Assembly: GCA_900617105.1 (NCBI GenBank) | Contig: UYFQ01000693.1 | Span: 1 to 54,914 of the forward strand | Source: Hydrurus foetidus | Taxonomy: Eukaryota | Direction: 5' to 3' | DNA length: 54,914 bases | Shown: in pieces, positions 1 through 11,182 of the stretch | Position numbering within the stretch: position 1 is the first letter of the stretch | Layout: each line of letters opens with the position of its first letter | Position numbers and translations under genes: made by a program | The notes under the pieces: model-generated | The model's database searches: none | Told to the model about the DNA's origin: nothing | Seen by the model: only the letters and a program-made list of their open reading frames with translations

Positions 1-1293
1 GAAGGTGCTTATTTAGTTACAAGAGCAAATGAAGCGTATCCAATATTCATTAAGACTCCCGAAGGATACAGTATTCCTGAAGGAATGTGCATCCAATCAT
101 TAGGAAATGTATACGGGAATCCCAATTCAGGAAGAAATTTCAGTATTAAGTTAGACATGTGTGTCAAAGAATGTGGATACAAGAATACTCAATGGGATCC
201 CAAACTATTTCACAAATGGAAAGAAGAAAGAATAATAATTCTAATAGTACATAGCGATGACTTTCGCTGGTTTGGAGATAAGAAAGACTTAAATGAGTGG
301 GATGCTTTACTAAAGAATTTTAATAAACACAAATATAAAGTAACAGACTGTTCAGATAAAGAATTTGTTGGAATCCGTATCACATGTGATGAGAACTTTA
401 ATTATTTTATGGATCAAACAAGAATGGTTGAAGAAATTATAGACGGTATTGGAATGAAAAACGCGAAAGATGAATCATTACCATATCCGCTAGACAAAAC
501 TAGTCTATCAAAATTAGACAATGCATCTCCTGCACAATTATCTGAGTGTAGCAAATTTCCATATCGTAGAGTTGTCGGTCAATTAATGTATGGTATGGTA
601 CATACATTAGTGTCAATAATGTACGCACTAAATGTATTGTCCCGATACGGTAACAATCCTGGACCACGACATATAGAATTTGCTAAACATTTACTAAGAT
701 ATGTTAAAATGTCAAAATCAGATAGATTAAAGTTTAAGACTCATGATGGTCCAAAAGACATCAAGACAATGACTGAGTTTCTTCAGTTGAGATTTCAATG
801 CGATGCTGACTTAGCAGGCAATCTTGATAACCTACATTCGCAGACATCATATCTCGGATATTTAGGTCCATCATTAATATGCTGGTGCTCAACAGATCAG
901 GGCAGCATATCAACGTCAACAGCAGAATCTGAAATAAAAGCGGTTAATCACACTCTTAAGGCTGAGGTGATAGCAAACCGTGGAATGTTAAGCCAAATGG
1001 GTTGGTTACAGGCACCCACGAGAATTGAAGAAGACAATAAGGCATGTGTAGATGCATCAATAATTACTCATATGACAAGAGGATTACGTCACTTAGAAAT
1101 AACTGAGAACTTCCTAAAAGAAAAATATGCCGATGGAACGTGTGTGCTAGTCAAAATAGCATCATCTGATAATAATTCAGATATTGGAACAAAAAGAGTA
1201 ACAAAACAAGTATTTGAAAAATTAACAAATGAGATTGTTGATAAATCATTGAGAATAATAAAAGTAAAGCACAGTGACAAAATGTCAAAGTAA
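1..1293 (+). CDS. pol: Copia Pol, reverse transcriptase + RNase H (partial, frame open from base 1)
   Basis: Frame 1 begins EGAYLVT..IFIKTPEG (copia DVxxAYL/PxG region). Also YGNPNSGRNF, DPKLF, IVHSDDF (YVDD equivalent), FVGIRI, PYRRVVGQLMY, and RNase H motifs DADLAG, STAESE, EDNKAC, RHLEI, NNSDIGTK. No stops or frameshifts. Confidence 0.95.
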   Translation, partial: EGAYLVTRANEAYPIFIKTPEGYSIPEGMCIQSLGNVYGNPNSGRNFSIKLDMCVKECGYKNTQWDPKLFHKWKEERIIILIVHSDDFRWFGDKKDLNEWDALLKNFNKHKYKVTDCSDKEFVGIRITCDENFNYFMDQTRMVEEIIDGIGMKNAKDESLPYPLDKTSLSKLDNASPAQLSECSKFPYRRVVGQLMYGMVHTLVSIMYALNVLSRYGNNPGPRHIEFAKHLLRYVKMSKSDRLKFKTHDGPKDIKTMTEFLQLRFQCDADLAGNLDNLHSQTSYLGYLGPSLICWCSTDQGSISTSTAESEIKAVNHTLKAEVIANRGMLSQMGWLQAPTRIEEDNKACVDASIITHMTRGLRHLEITENFLKEKYADGTCVLVKIASSDNNSDIGTKRVTKQVFEKLTNEIVDKSLRIIKVKHSDKMSK

Positions 1294-1306
1294 ATAGTTA
1301 TGGATA

Positions 1307-1490
1307 TCATGATTGTTTAATCAGAGACGACATGAATCCAAACATAAATATGAAATAAAATATCATGATTATCTGATCAGAGATGACATGCATATAAGTA
1401 ATTAATAAGATTAAATATTATGATTGTCTAATCAAAGATGACATAAGATAGTTACATAAGCTCATGATTGTTTGATCAGAGACGACATGA
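1307..1490 (+). repeat. Four 29-nt hairpin-forming direct repeats in the retrotransposon 3' UTR
   Basis: Copies at 1307-1335, 1363-1391, 1418-1446 and 1462-1490; consensus TYATG-A-TTRTYT-RATCAR-AGAYGA-CATRM; separated by unrelated AT-rich spacers of 27, 26 and 15 nt. Confidence 0.9.
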
Positions 1491-1541
1491 TGACTTCTAA
1501 GAAAATAATATAAAGCAAAAGCAATTGATGATTACGGGGTG

Positions 1542-1832
1542 TGTCGGTATATAACAGCGATAAGTGCTAGTTATAGCTGTATATTACCATTTGGATAATC
1601 AACAATTAGCATGATAGAATATCATAAGTAAACACATTTTGTAGATTGTTATTGGTGTGCAATGTGCACCAAGTCGCTTCCTCAATGCCAATTCGTATCA
1701 CGTATATTGCCATTGTTACACCATAATAACCACAGCTGTATAGTATTTATCCGGTACTTGGTACCAAAAGTCTAGCTTTTAGTACAAACGTCATATTTAC
1801 AGTTGAGTAGCTACTATCTCGCCTATACAACA
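1542..1832 (+). repeat. Putative 3' LTR (about 291 bp)
   Basis: Starts TGTCGGTATA directly after the PPT-like tract and ends TATACAACA, an imperfect terminal inverted repeat (TG...CA). The 5' LTR is not in the window, so the boundaries cannot be confirmed. Confidence 0.7.
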
Positions 1833-2678
1833 ACGTAGATGCAAATCTACGAGAGCCAGTCAAATTGCATGCGCATGACGATTGAGATCTTATTATTGTA
1901 CGGCAGGTAGACATGATGTGCAACATGATTTTATGCTTTGTGGCCTCCGTGCCAGTTTCTAATTCTTAAATCGAATTAACTAACCAAAACCTTTCCATCT
2001 TAATTTGGCCATCCACGATATGTCCTCCCGACTTCGTGCAAACCCGTGGACACTCACATGTACCAATTTTTTTTCATGTTCTCACCTTCGAATTTTGTTG
2101 AAGACAGAAATCCGGGAATTTTTTCAAAATCCGGGAAAAAATAATTTTGGCCAGTTTGGCACGCCATACCTAAATCATTCCAGATTTTTCAAAAATTCCA
2201 CCCAAAATCTGGGGGTCTGGGTTTCTGGGAATAAACGTTGTCACCCAGTCCGTGCACACTCCCAATAATTTTGGAAAGCATCGATTCGATCAAATTCAAT
2301 CGTACAGGGCATTCATGATTAATGAGCAACATCTCCGAAAAATTGATGATCTCGCAAATCATTCCACCAATCTTGGCGTGACAGAGCACGCCTCGTAGAA
2401 AGCCAGGGGAAAGTATCGAAATCGACGCTCATATTTGTTTGATGAAAAGTTACGTTGAAGTCATTTCATTTCTCGATGATTCGGAAATTGATAGTCATAA
2501 AACAGGGCCTTGCATCCCGATACGCCATCCATAACCAGATTTTGCAATTCTGTTGTTGTGCTCTATCGTATTTTAAGTTTTCTTCTGCATAAGTGATCTT
2601 GCAACTCCTCCCTGGCTTTGTTCAATATCTAAGCTTTCAAAAGTTATATAAAATCCCGAAATTTTTGGCAACTAAGAA

Positions 2679-5600
2679 ATGTCAGAGGAGTCAATAGAAT
2701 CAGTAAGTCCCACTGATAAAATGCGGGCTTGATCTTAAGATGACTCTAGATTTCTTATACTTCTCCCCAATTCCTCTTATTCTCGAAGACTGCTGTCGTC
2801 AACCAGGAGGCTGAAGTTGAGGTAGAAGTGGCAGTGGAATCTGAATCCGTCGAAATTATTGAGAGCAAGAAGTCAAGTCTGATTGAATTGTTCTCCGCCA
2901 TGTTTGTTAAGGAGAACTACGATGCGAACAGTTATATCCAAGCGCACGTGATACCCGGCACACAAACTATTCCTATGTCAGCAATTTTTCAGGTCAGGAC
3001 AATAATCGTGGTCGTAGTACATGCAATTGGAATGATTTTTTGAAAGTATATCAATGATGTATCACTTAACCTAATCCTGTTATTCTGACTCTGCATCATT
3101 TCACTTTTGAACGCCTTAGTCGCCCGAAATACTGAGAGTAACAGCAAATGAGAAGACAATTAGACACGCCCTACTTGAGTCAAAGGTAAGCTCTCGAGAC
3201 GCATTTATATCTACACTTTGATTCTTATAATCTGCACTGCTTCTATCCTGAGAGGCTTGATGATCTCAACGCACGAAACGCATTGTATATTGTGACATTA
3301 TGTTCCTACTTCTGAGACAATATTAAATGCTGCATCTCATCGAGTTTAATTTAATGCAGGGGATAATATTTACCGAGGATGGATTAAAGCTGATAGTTAG
3401 ACCAGAGCAAAACACCGTAATTCTTCGCGACATTTCGAGCAAAACGACTTCTGAGGAGATATTCAAAATCTTTAATCCTGATCCAACTGATGAGAGAGTC
3501 GATGGTGCGGATGAAGAGGAAACTGCGGTGCCTGATGCATGCCCACTGGCTCAGTCAGTGCGTTCCGACATGAATGATACATGGTAGGAAGATCACTAAA
3601 CGCTGTTGAATTGAGTAGACTGAATCCCTACAAAATCAACTAGTCGTTGTGTCATTTTTTGTCGTCAAAAACGGGTATCTTCAAAGGGAAATTAACCATA
3701 AATTATTTTAGACACATCTCACACGGCATTAAAAATTGTGATATGCGTCTGCAAACATTTTCTCAATTTTCTTGGTCTTTTTGCCACTCTCTTTTCTGTT
3801 CTATTCCTCATACATCCACAAAAAATCCTCCCTGTCAATCCCTCTCACTCAGATGCACTCATCTTGTTTTATGTTGTGTTGTGTTGTGTCACATCAGGTT
3901 TGTAACGTTTCTATCAGAGTCAGATGCGCGTGCAGCGTTGCATGCTCTTAAGAGCAGACGGTTCAATGGCGTCGTCATTAAAGCGAGACTAAAAACAGAG
4001 ACTTTAAATAAATCCTTTTTCAGGTACAAGTTTCTCCGTCTTGTGCACTTTTCGAATTTTCATACGGCATCTCGTTTTTGTGCAATTCTTAGGCATTATC
4101 AGTTTAACATCTATCAGTTCCCTGTCAATGACAACACAACACTCTGACTCGTTGAAATCATACACTTTCATGTTAGCGCAAAATTGAACTCCCAAGGGCC
4201 TTACTCCAACCAGAATCTGGGTCCAGGATCCATGGGTGGCGCGAACTACGGCCAAGGTAGTCAGTCAGTCACATGCAACATATCTTCTTCTCCTCATGTC
4301 TTCCCCTTTTAGGAACATTTGTGTGATGTAACGATTGCTGATAGTGAAAGTATCACATAAATTTACAGCGTTTATTTAACAGATAGATAGATAGATAGTT
4401 AGATAGTTAGATAGTTAGATGAATTATTTGGGAGATCCTAGTACAGTTTATTTCGGTCATTGTACTGTCATTACCCTAACATTTATGACTGCCATTCCGT
4501 CACAACATTGATACTATGCATTACATTGTAGTGCATTTTATTGGGTCGTGTTGAAGCTCATCATCATTGGTATCATCATAACCAAAACGATCGTTTCTAT
4601 CACTATCATTAACATCGCTATCATCATCATCAGTACTGTCATCATCATGAATCTCATCATAACAATTGCTTTAGGTAACGATCGCAGCGGCAACAACAGG
4701 ATGCACAATAGACAAGGCAACAACAACTCAGACAGACAAGAAGAGTTCTTCAATGGTTCTGGAGTTCCCCCTGACTACATGTCTGCCCCCCATAACGGCG
4801 CACCAAATATGCCGGGGATGTACTTTGGGTCGTACCCCGTCCCTCCCCCCCCTGCCTACATGGGCATGGGCCTTGGACCGATGAATCTCCCCAATATGCA
4901 GATGATAACGTCCTATCCGATTGTGATGAACACACACACGGGCAGAATGCAATGGGCCCCAAACCCTTCCAACGGGCACAATATCGGACCTATGATGATG
5001 AGTCCAAACATTACACATCCAGGGTCGATGGGGTCTCATTCCCAGGGGGGGAACGGCACCCCACCCCAACACCAGAATCGGCCACGCACCCGTAGTTGCC
5101 CCCAGACCCCCAGGGAGGTGGCTTCTTCTCATGGGCCTTCTGGGACGTACAAGAACAATAGACAGAGGGTGATGAGTTTTGGCGGTGGACCGATGACGAA
5201 TGGCAGTGGGTTGGACTTTTTCCCTCCTCAATATGCACTGCACGATGGCACCAACATGCAATACGGCTACCAAAATGTTGGATATCCTAACAATGTTAAT
5301 TTCGTGCAACAAGGGGGTCCCATGCCGAGACCTAATAGAAACGGTAATTCTAAGTACCAAAACCAATTTACAAATTCGCCACAATCCAACAACGCTCAAG
5401 GTCAAAATCAAGGAAATCAGAATAATAAAAAACACGGAACCCAAAACTATTCTTATCAAAATTCGGGATCAGAAAATTCTAACTTGAAAAAAAATCATGA
5501 ACATGGAAATAATAGGTACATGCCTATATTATTTTGATGCAATTACGAGATTTGATCTCGTGTCTGCATGTCCTCTCAGTCACTCTATCTATTACCTGTT

Positions 5601-8303
5601 ATCTCATTATTTAACTTGACCGAATTTTATTTCTCTTTTTACGTGTTTTTCTCACTTGTCGTTCTTCGTTTTATTCCTGCATCTTATACTTATTTTTATT
5701 TATTCTTTTTTCGTTTGTGTCGTGAAGGGCTGAGGATTCCGAGAGCATGGATCCGTCAGATGGAATCGAGCCAAATGCATTCGGAGACAATGCAGTCGGT
5801 GGCAGTGATGCGCCGCACAGTGGTAGAGCTAACAGAGGAGATCAGGGAGAAGGGAAATCAAGAAAGGCGGTGCGTTTGCACGTAGCGACAGGACTGAGTA
5901 CGCAGTCTAGTATGGACAATGAGGGGGACAATGCCCGGTGCATAGACCTTGGGGTAAGATCGGATGATACTCATAGGAAGACACATCACAAAGGGAAGGG
6001 TTTTGGTGGCGGTATCGGTCATAACGATGGTAAGGATGGAGAAGACGGAGTGAGGGAAGGACGGGAGAGACAGTACAGCAAGGATAGAGATAGAGAACCA
6101 CGAGAACGAGGAGAACACAGAGAGAGAGGCGAAGGCAGAGACAGAGATAGAGAGCCTAGAGAACGAGGAGAAGGAAGGGAGAGAAGAGAAGGGCGCAACA
6201 GAGAAAGGGTCATCGTTCCTAAACACGCACCCCAGCCAGACTTCAACATGGATTCCGACTTCCCAACTCTGGTGAGTCAGATCTACCTATCCTCAATGAG
6301 AAAAAGAAATAGACTCACATCTCCTACATGATCATAATGCAGAACTGCGTTCTGTCCAGTGTCATTATAGCTTCCATTGTAGCGTCTTTGCTGCTGTTGC
6401 CTCAGTACAGATCTATGCACGTCAATCACTTCTCCATTCTCATTATCTCCATTTTGTGTGATTGTATGTGTTCTATAATTCAGGTGGAAGGAGACTCAAC
6501 TGAGGGGTGTCCGCAAAACAGTGCTTCTCTAGCAGGTACGTACGTGCGTGCTACCAAATCATATACATTCCCATGTAACGCTTTACAATCAGTGCAACGA
6601 TTGTGGAAGAGTCAGTGCTATGCTGATGTCCTAATGCGGTACTGGTGACTGTTCTTCCTATTCTCATCATCATAATCTCATCTTTATTTTCACCCTCACA
6701 TGCGATCACTAGGGGGCATCATAGGATACGCTGCAGCTGCCAAGAGAGGCGTCCAAGACACCGACTCAGACATCTCCCCTACAGCAGCCTCCTCCTCCAC
6801 CTCATCCCACTTCAACGAGAAAGGTGGAGCGAAGAGACCGCCTATCAAGAAGTCTCTGAGTCACGAATCTGGAACCAGAACACTGACGTCATCCTTAGTG
6901 ACGTCATCAGCAATGGTGTCCGCAATGTCTGGCCTTGACAGCCACAAGATGCCGTCAATCCCCCTTCAGATCTCCCCCACCACTGTGACTGCCAGATCCT
7001 CTCCCTCCATTCCTATTCCTGCTTCTTCGACTACTGTGTCTAATGGTGCACCAACCACTCCTGTCCGCGTCAGCACCACCGCTACAGACTCTTCAGGGGA
7101 GAAAGGACTCAGTAAAGCAGGTGAGAGACCGCACCATACGTGTGAATGGATGTGTGATAGACTCTTCTTACGCGCTGTGCTGTGCAGTACGTGCAGGCCG
7201 TATGTTCCGCATTGCAGTTCACGCAGCTAAGAAGCAAATACCGTACGGAACCGTCATAACTCTCGTAAACATACGATTAATCCTAAAACGCCCAAACTAA
7301 CACGTTCACTACCAAACCTTCTAGTAGATGTGGCCAAGTCGCATGCAGTGGACAACTCGCCTGACGCAATAATATTTGGAGACTTCAAAGCACCTGCCGC
7401 TTTAGTCGGTTAGTCTGTATAAATTAATCTAATACATAGCTCATGCACTGTTGAGACTGACTGTATCGTAGGAAGTCCCTCTGAGAATATGTCGCTTCAT
7501 GCATTTGCTGCTCTTGCACTTAATAAATTCGTTCTTGATGTTTTTATTTCCAAGCAATTAATATTCCACTGACCCTATCCCTACCTCCTCTCCCTTGCCA
7601 ACGATATTATTCGTTCTTTTCTGACAGTATTTCTCAACCTTCAGCCACTTCACTCTCCTAACACCTCCTCCTTCTCTCCCGCTGTATAGATGTGAGAGCA
7701 TTGCACTTTGGTCCTTCCCTCTCCACCAACCGCACCTCCGTTCCCCCAGTCACTATTCCCATAGCGCTCAAACCTGCATACGTCAAATCTGATACAGCAG
7801 CTCAGCAAAGCTCTTCAACTTCAACAACATCTGTGGCAACACCTCAAGAGTCGCATGGAACACCAATCCTTGTACCTACTGATTCCAAACAAATTGCACC
7901 TCATCCCGTCCTCGTACCCGTCCCTGTCCCCCCACCTGCATCCGTCTCGACAGGTACCACCAACACCCCTGGACCTGGAACTCCCATTCCTGAAATAGCT
8001 TTACCCCACACTGCACCTCTGTCAGGCAGTGACGCTCCTGGGAGTGTGTGGGGAGCGAAGAGATCCTTTCTCGATGTAAGTACAACCCACAAGCGCATAT
8101 GTTTCTTCGTTACACAAAACCTCTCCACGTAATTTAATTATACTGGCATTACTTTCTCTCCGCACGCATCCTCACTCTTTCATTCCCCAATCCCCAAACA
8201 TGCCCTCGTCCATTCGCTTTAATGAATACGAATCCTTTTCGTTCTTATCTGCTGCACTCGACTTCTTATATGTCTATTTCAGGTGGTGAAGACATCGAAG
8301 TGA
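2679..8303 (+). CDS. LARP4: La-related protein, LARP4-like (La motif + RRM + long low-complexity tail), multi-exon
   Basis: GT-AG exons 2679-2702, 2789-2992, 3120-3185 and onward give a divergent La motif (LFSAMFVKEN..IPMSAIF), then NTVILRDISSKTTSEEIFKIF..CP...DTWFVTFLSESDARAAL..F.G..IKARLK, resembling the LARP4 RRM. Also PDFNMDSDFPTL and a C-terminal KRSFLDV|VKTSK with TGA at 8301-8303. Confidence 0.8.
4381..4420. repeat. (GATA)n/(GTTA) microsatellite in LARP intron
   Basis: agatagatagatagatagttagatagttagatagttagat. Confidence 0.9.
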
Positions 8304-9113
8304 ATATTACGCTGTAGTGTTTGGTCTAGTCTAGCCCGGTCTGTCCAGCATGATCAGATCTGATCTGATCTGGTTCGTCCATCCGTGTGTGTGTCTGTCT
8401 ATCCTGTAGTGCAGGCGAGGCGTGCAGGGAAGAGTGACTGTGTTGCAGCCCTTGGACCTTGAACCTTGGACTGGACTCGATCAGGGAATGAATGGATTAT
8501 GTCAGTGATTCGATGGGAGTAGCTTGACTGGACTGAACTTTACTGCTCGAGAGATCGTTACGTTCTCGTACACAACTCTTCAATTACTCCTGTTGAGGAG
8601 AAGATCTAGAATGTATCGCCCTCGTCCGGGCAAGCTGACATCTCGACTGTTACATGATCTGTGTTTTTCTTTCCCCCGAAAATTTATTTAATACTCTTGG
8701 TTTTTAATTTAAGAAGATGTTGTGTACGCATATATCATTCACTATTTTGTCAGTCTGTCAGTTGGTGAATGCACCGTTAAAAGGAATTGAATCCAGATAA
8801 TATTCTCAACGAATTAGGTCACCTGAATCATTCACAGTACAGTGCATTGTGACTATTCAGATGTTCGAGGAATGGTGCAAAGCATAGAGAGAGCTAGAGA
8901 TCGTACTTGGATACTTAATACAGTGCCAACAATTGAAGGCAAATAACTGAGACTTATTCATACTTATACACAGTTGAATAAGTTTGATAGGAAAGTCATT
9001 GACTATCAACTGTTGCTTGTAGCATGTAGATCATATTGAACGAGGTATCACGGCTCAAAGAAAGAGCTAGGAAATCTTTAGCCATTTTCGGTGAAGAAGC
9101 CGTCATCTGAAAT

Positions 9114-9250
9114 CAAGGGTCGTGTCTAATGCACTTGTCGTTTTTCAAGGGTCGTGTCTAATACTGTGTGTTGTGTGGGGGGCTGGTACCCGATAAAAAA
9201 CGACAAATAGTGCATTTTTTAAAAACACGACACACGACACACGACCCTTG
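9114..9250. mobile_element. MITE-like element with terminal inverted repeats
   Basis: CAAGGGTCGTGT at 9114 and ACACGACCCTTG ending 9250, with AAAT on both flanks. Internal second copy of the left end near 9146 and inner inverted match TGCACTTGTCGTTTTT / AAAAACGACAAATAGTGCA. Confidence 0.65.
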
Positions 9251-9415
9251 AAATCTGATGCTCAAGATTTAAATTTGACACTTTTCAAGAAAAAATAACG
9301 TTCGTCGGAAGCACCTTCGTCCTTCGTAGAATAACGCAGGGTTGCAGAAAGCGAAGCAGATACTGCCACTGAGGCACTCTTTGCGACATTAAATAAGGCA
9401 ACTTTAGCTGAAGCA

Positions 9416-11182
9416 ATGGATCACCGTCGCTTTCTTCTCTCTAGAAGTTTCATTTTTCTTTTGGTGCTATGGTTCGTAGTTTCTGAGAGTTTCAATCATC
9501 CATTCAAGAGCAATGCAGGCTTTTCTTACAGACAAGGCAATCGTCTCCACAGGACGATACTACCAAAGCATGCACGGATGATGTTTTCAGGGATTGTTGA
9601 GGTCGTAACAGCAATTTCCAATGAATAAGAGCTATCTCTTCTATAAACATCCACCCTCATAGGTGTTCTTTTTGGTTGTGCAGGAGATGGGATACGTGGA
9701 GGTCCTTAAAGTTAACCCAAAGATGGTTCAATGGGATGGATCAATAGGCGAGGGCGTCGAGCTGACCGTTAGATCAAAAGTTGCTTTAGGTGACGCTTAC
9801 ATAGGATGCAGTATAGCTGTGAACGGCGTTTGCCTGACAGCAATATCGTTTGATGACAAGCAGGTTCGTTCGTGTTAATGCATGTCTCCTGTCAGTAAAT
9901 TCGAACCTCTTTTCCTGCGACACGTAAGATTTGCTGATTGCATCGGCGAGGATTGCTATTTTGAGACTTATCCAGGGAATCTCTTTGGTCATACTTGCAG
10001 TGTTCTTACGTAGTACATCTCTCGTGAAGTTTCTTAGCTCATTTTTATCCCATCTGCACTGAATATCAGTTTACCGTCGGGTTAGCACCAGAAACACTAC
10101 GTAGATCTAATTTGGGCACTCTCACACAAGGCAGTAGAGTGAATCTCGAGAGGGCCTTGAAAGCTGATGGCAGAAACTCAGGTACCGAAGAATCCTCGAA
10201 GTAGTTCCTGAGCTGTGATCGAATCTACAGCTGCTGCTAATAGACTTTCAGTAATTATTTTCCCATTTTTTTATCACAGGCCACTTTGTTCAGGGTCACG
10301 TAGATTGCACCGGTGACATCGTAGAGAAGTTTATGGAAGGGGACTCTCTGTGGTTTAAGGTGCTCTTACTCCCCTGTTGCGATTATCACTTCTTTCTCTT
10401 TTTATCTGGAATTACGTAACAAAAGAAAGCTTTTTATTAGAATCACAGAGTATTGTGCCGGTCATATCTATACAACGACTTTTTTTGGGGAATCTTTTTT
10501 TTTGCGGAACAATCCACGGATTTTCGAATTTTTTGACGGTTTTTGTTTCAAAACCGTAAAAATAATCTTCTTTTTGCCCAAAAATCCGGTTTTGGGGACT
10601 GTTCCACAAAAAAAATCATTTTTATTTACGTCTCCGTCGTATAGCAATACTCATTATTTTCTTCTGTGAATACTGTCGAATTGATTTTATCTTTTTTAAA
10701 TTTAACTTTCAGCTTGAATTTCTTTCAGGTCCAAGTTCCTTCTTCTAGCATTAAGTACATCGTTCCAAAAGGGTTTGTCTGCGTTGACGGCACAAGTCTG
10801 ACTATTTGTGAGGTGGACACAGAGGCGAGCACGTTCACATTCATGCTTGTAGCGCACACACAGCAAAACGTTGTCATACCCATGAAAGCGATAGGTGGGT
10901 AAATCTGTCTGCCGAAAGTTCTTTCTACTTGATTACTGCCATTTCAATAACAAAAATCTGGGCAGCTCATTAATTTAAATATCACATACGACAGGTGAGA
11001 AGGTGAATATAGAAGTGGATGTCCTTGCCAAGATGGTGGAGAGGAGTCTAGCGGGTGTCTACGATGCAGCAGCGAAGAGCAGCAGTGACGCTACTGTAGT
11101 GGCTCTGAGCGCGAAGGTGACTGAGCTGGAAGAGACCGTGCGATCGATGCAGATCACGCTTGATGCTCTTATGAAGAAGTGA
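9416..11182 (+). CDS. RIB5: Riboflavin synthase with bipartite (signal + transit) plastid-targeting presequence, multi-exon
   Basis: MFSGIVE|EMG, IGCSIAVNGVCLT, ETLRRSNLG, VNLERAL, GHFVQGHVD, KGFVCVDGTSLTI, VNIEVDVLAK. Preceded by hydrophobic FIFLLVLWFVVSES-F and a basic transit-like stretch. Confidence 0.95.
10414..10631. mobile_element. Foldback/MITE-like insertion in a riboflavin synthase intron
   Basis: Nested inverted repeats TTTTTTTGCGGAACAATCC / GGACTGTTCCACAAAAAAA, CGGATTTT / AAAATCCG and ACGGTTTT / AAAACCGT; ACGT at both outer ends. Confidence 0.6.

Larger units (their letters stand above)
1..1832 (+). mobile_element. Ty1/copia LTR retrotransposon, 3' portion (5' part lies outside the window)
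   Basis: RT-RNase H ORF to 1293, AT-rich 3' UTR, PPT-like ACGGGGTG at 1534-1541, then an LTR-like segment TGT...ACA at 1542-1832. Confidence 0.9.

Noticed and set aside
1307..1490. CRISPR array (29-nt palindromic repeats with unique spacers)
   Set aside because: Eukaryotic retrotransposon context, no cas genes, repeats vary between copies, and spacers are short and uneven (27, 26, 15 nt). Better explained as an RNA hairpin array.
1948..2163. Possible MITE bounded by CGTGCCA / TGGCACG with internal AAATCCGGGAA duplication
   Set aside because: Only a 7-bp inverted match and no TSD; insufficient support.
4548..4674. Ile-rich hydrophobic N-terminus of the 329-aa ORF, resembling a signal or TM segment
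   Set aside because: Translation of an intronic (ATC)n-like repeat; the exon begins after the AG near 4674.
4728..6249. Long antisense ORFs opposite LARP exons
   Set aside because: Shadow frames of low-complexity coding sequence with no recognisable motifs.
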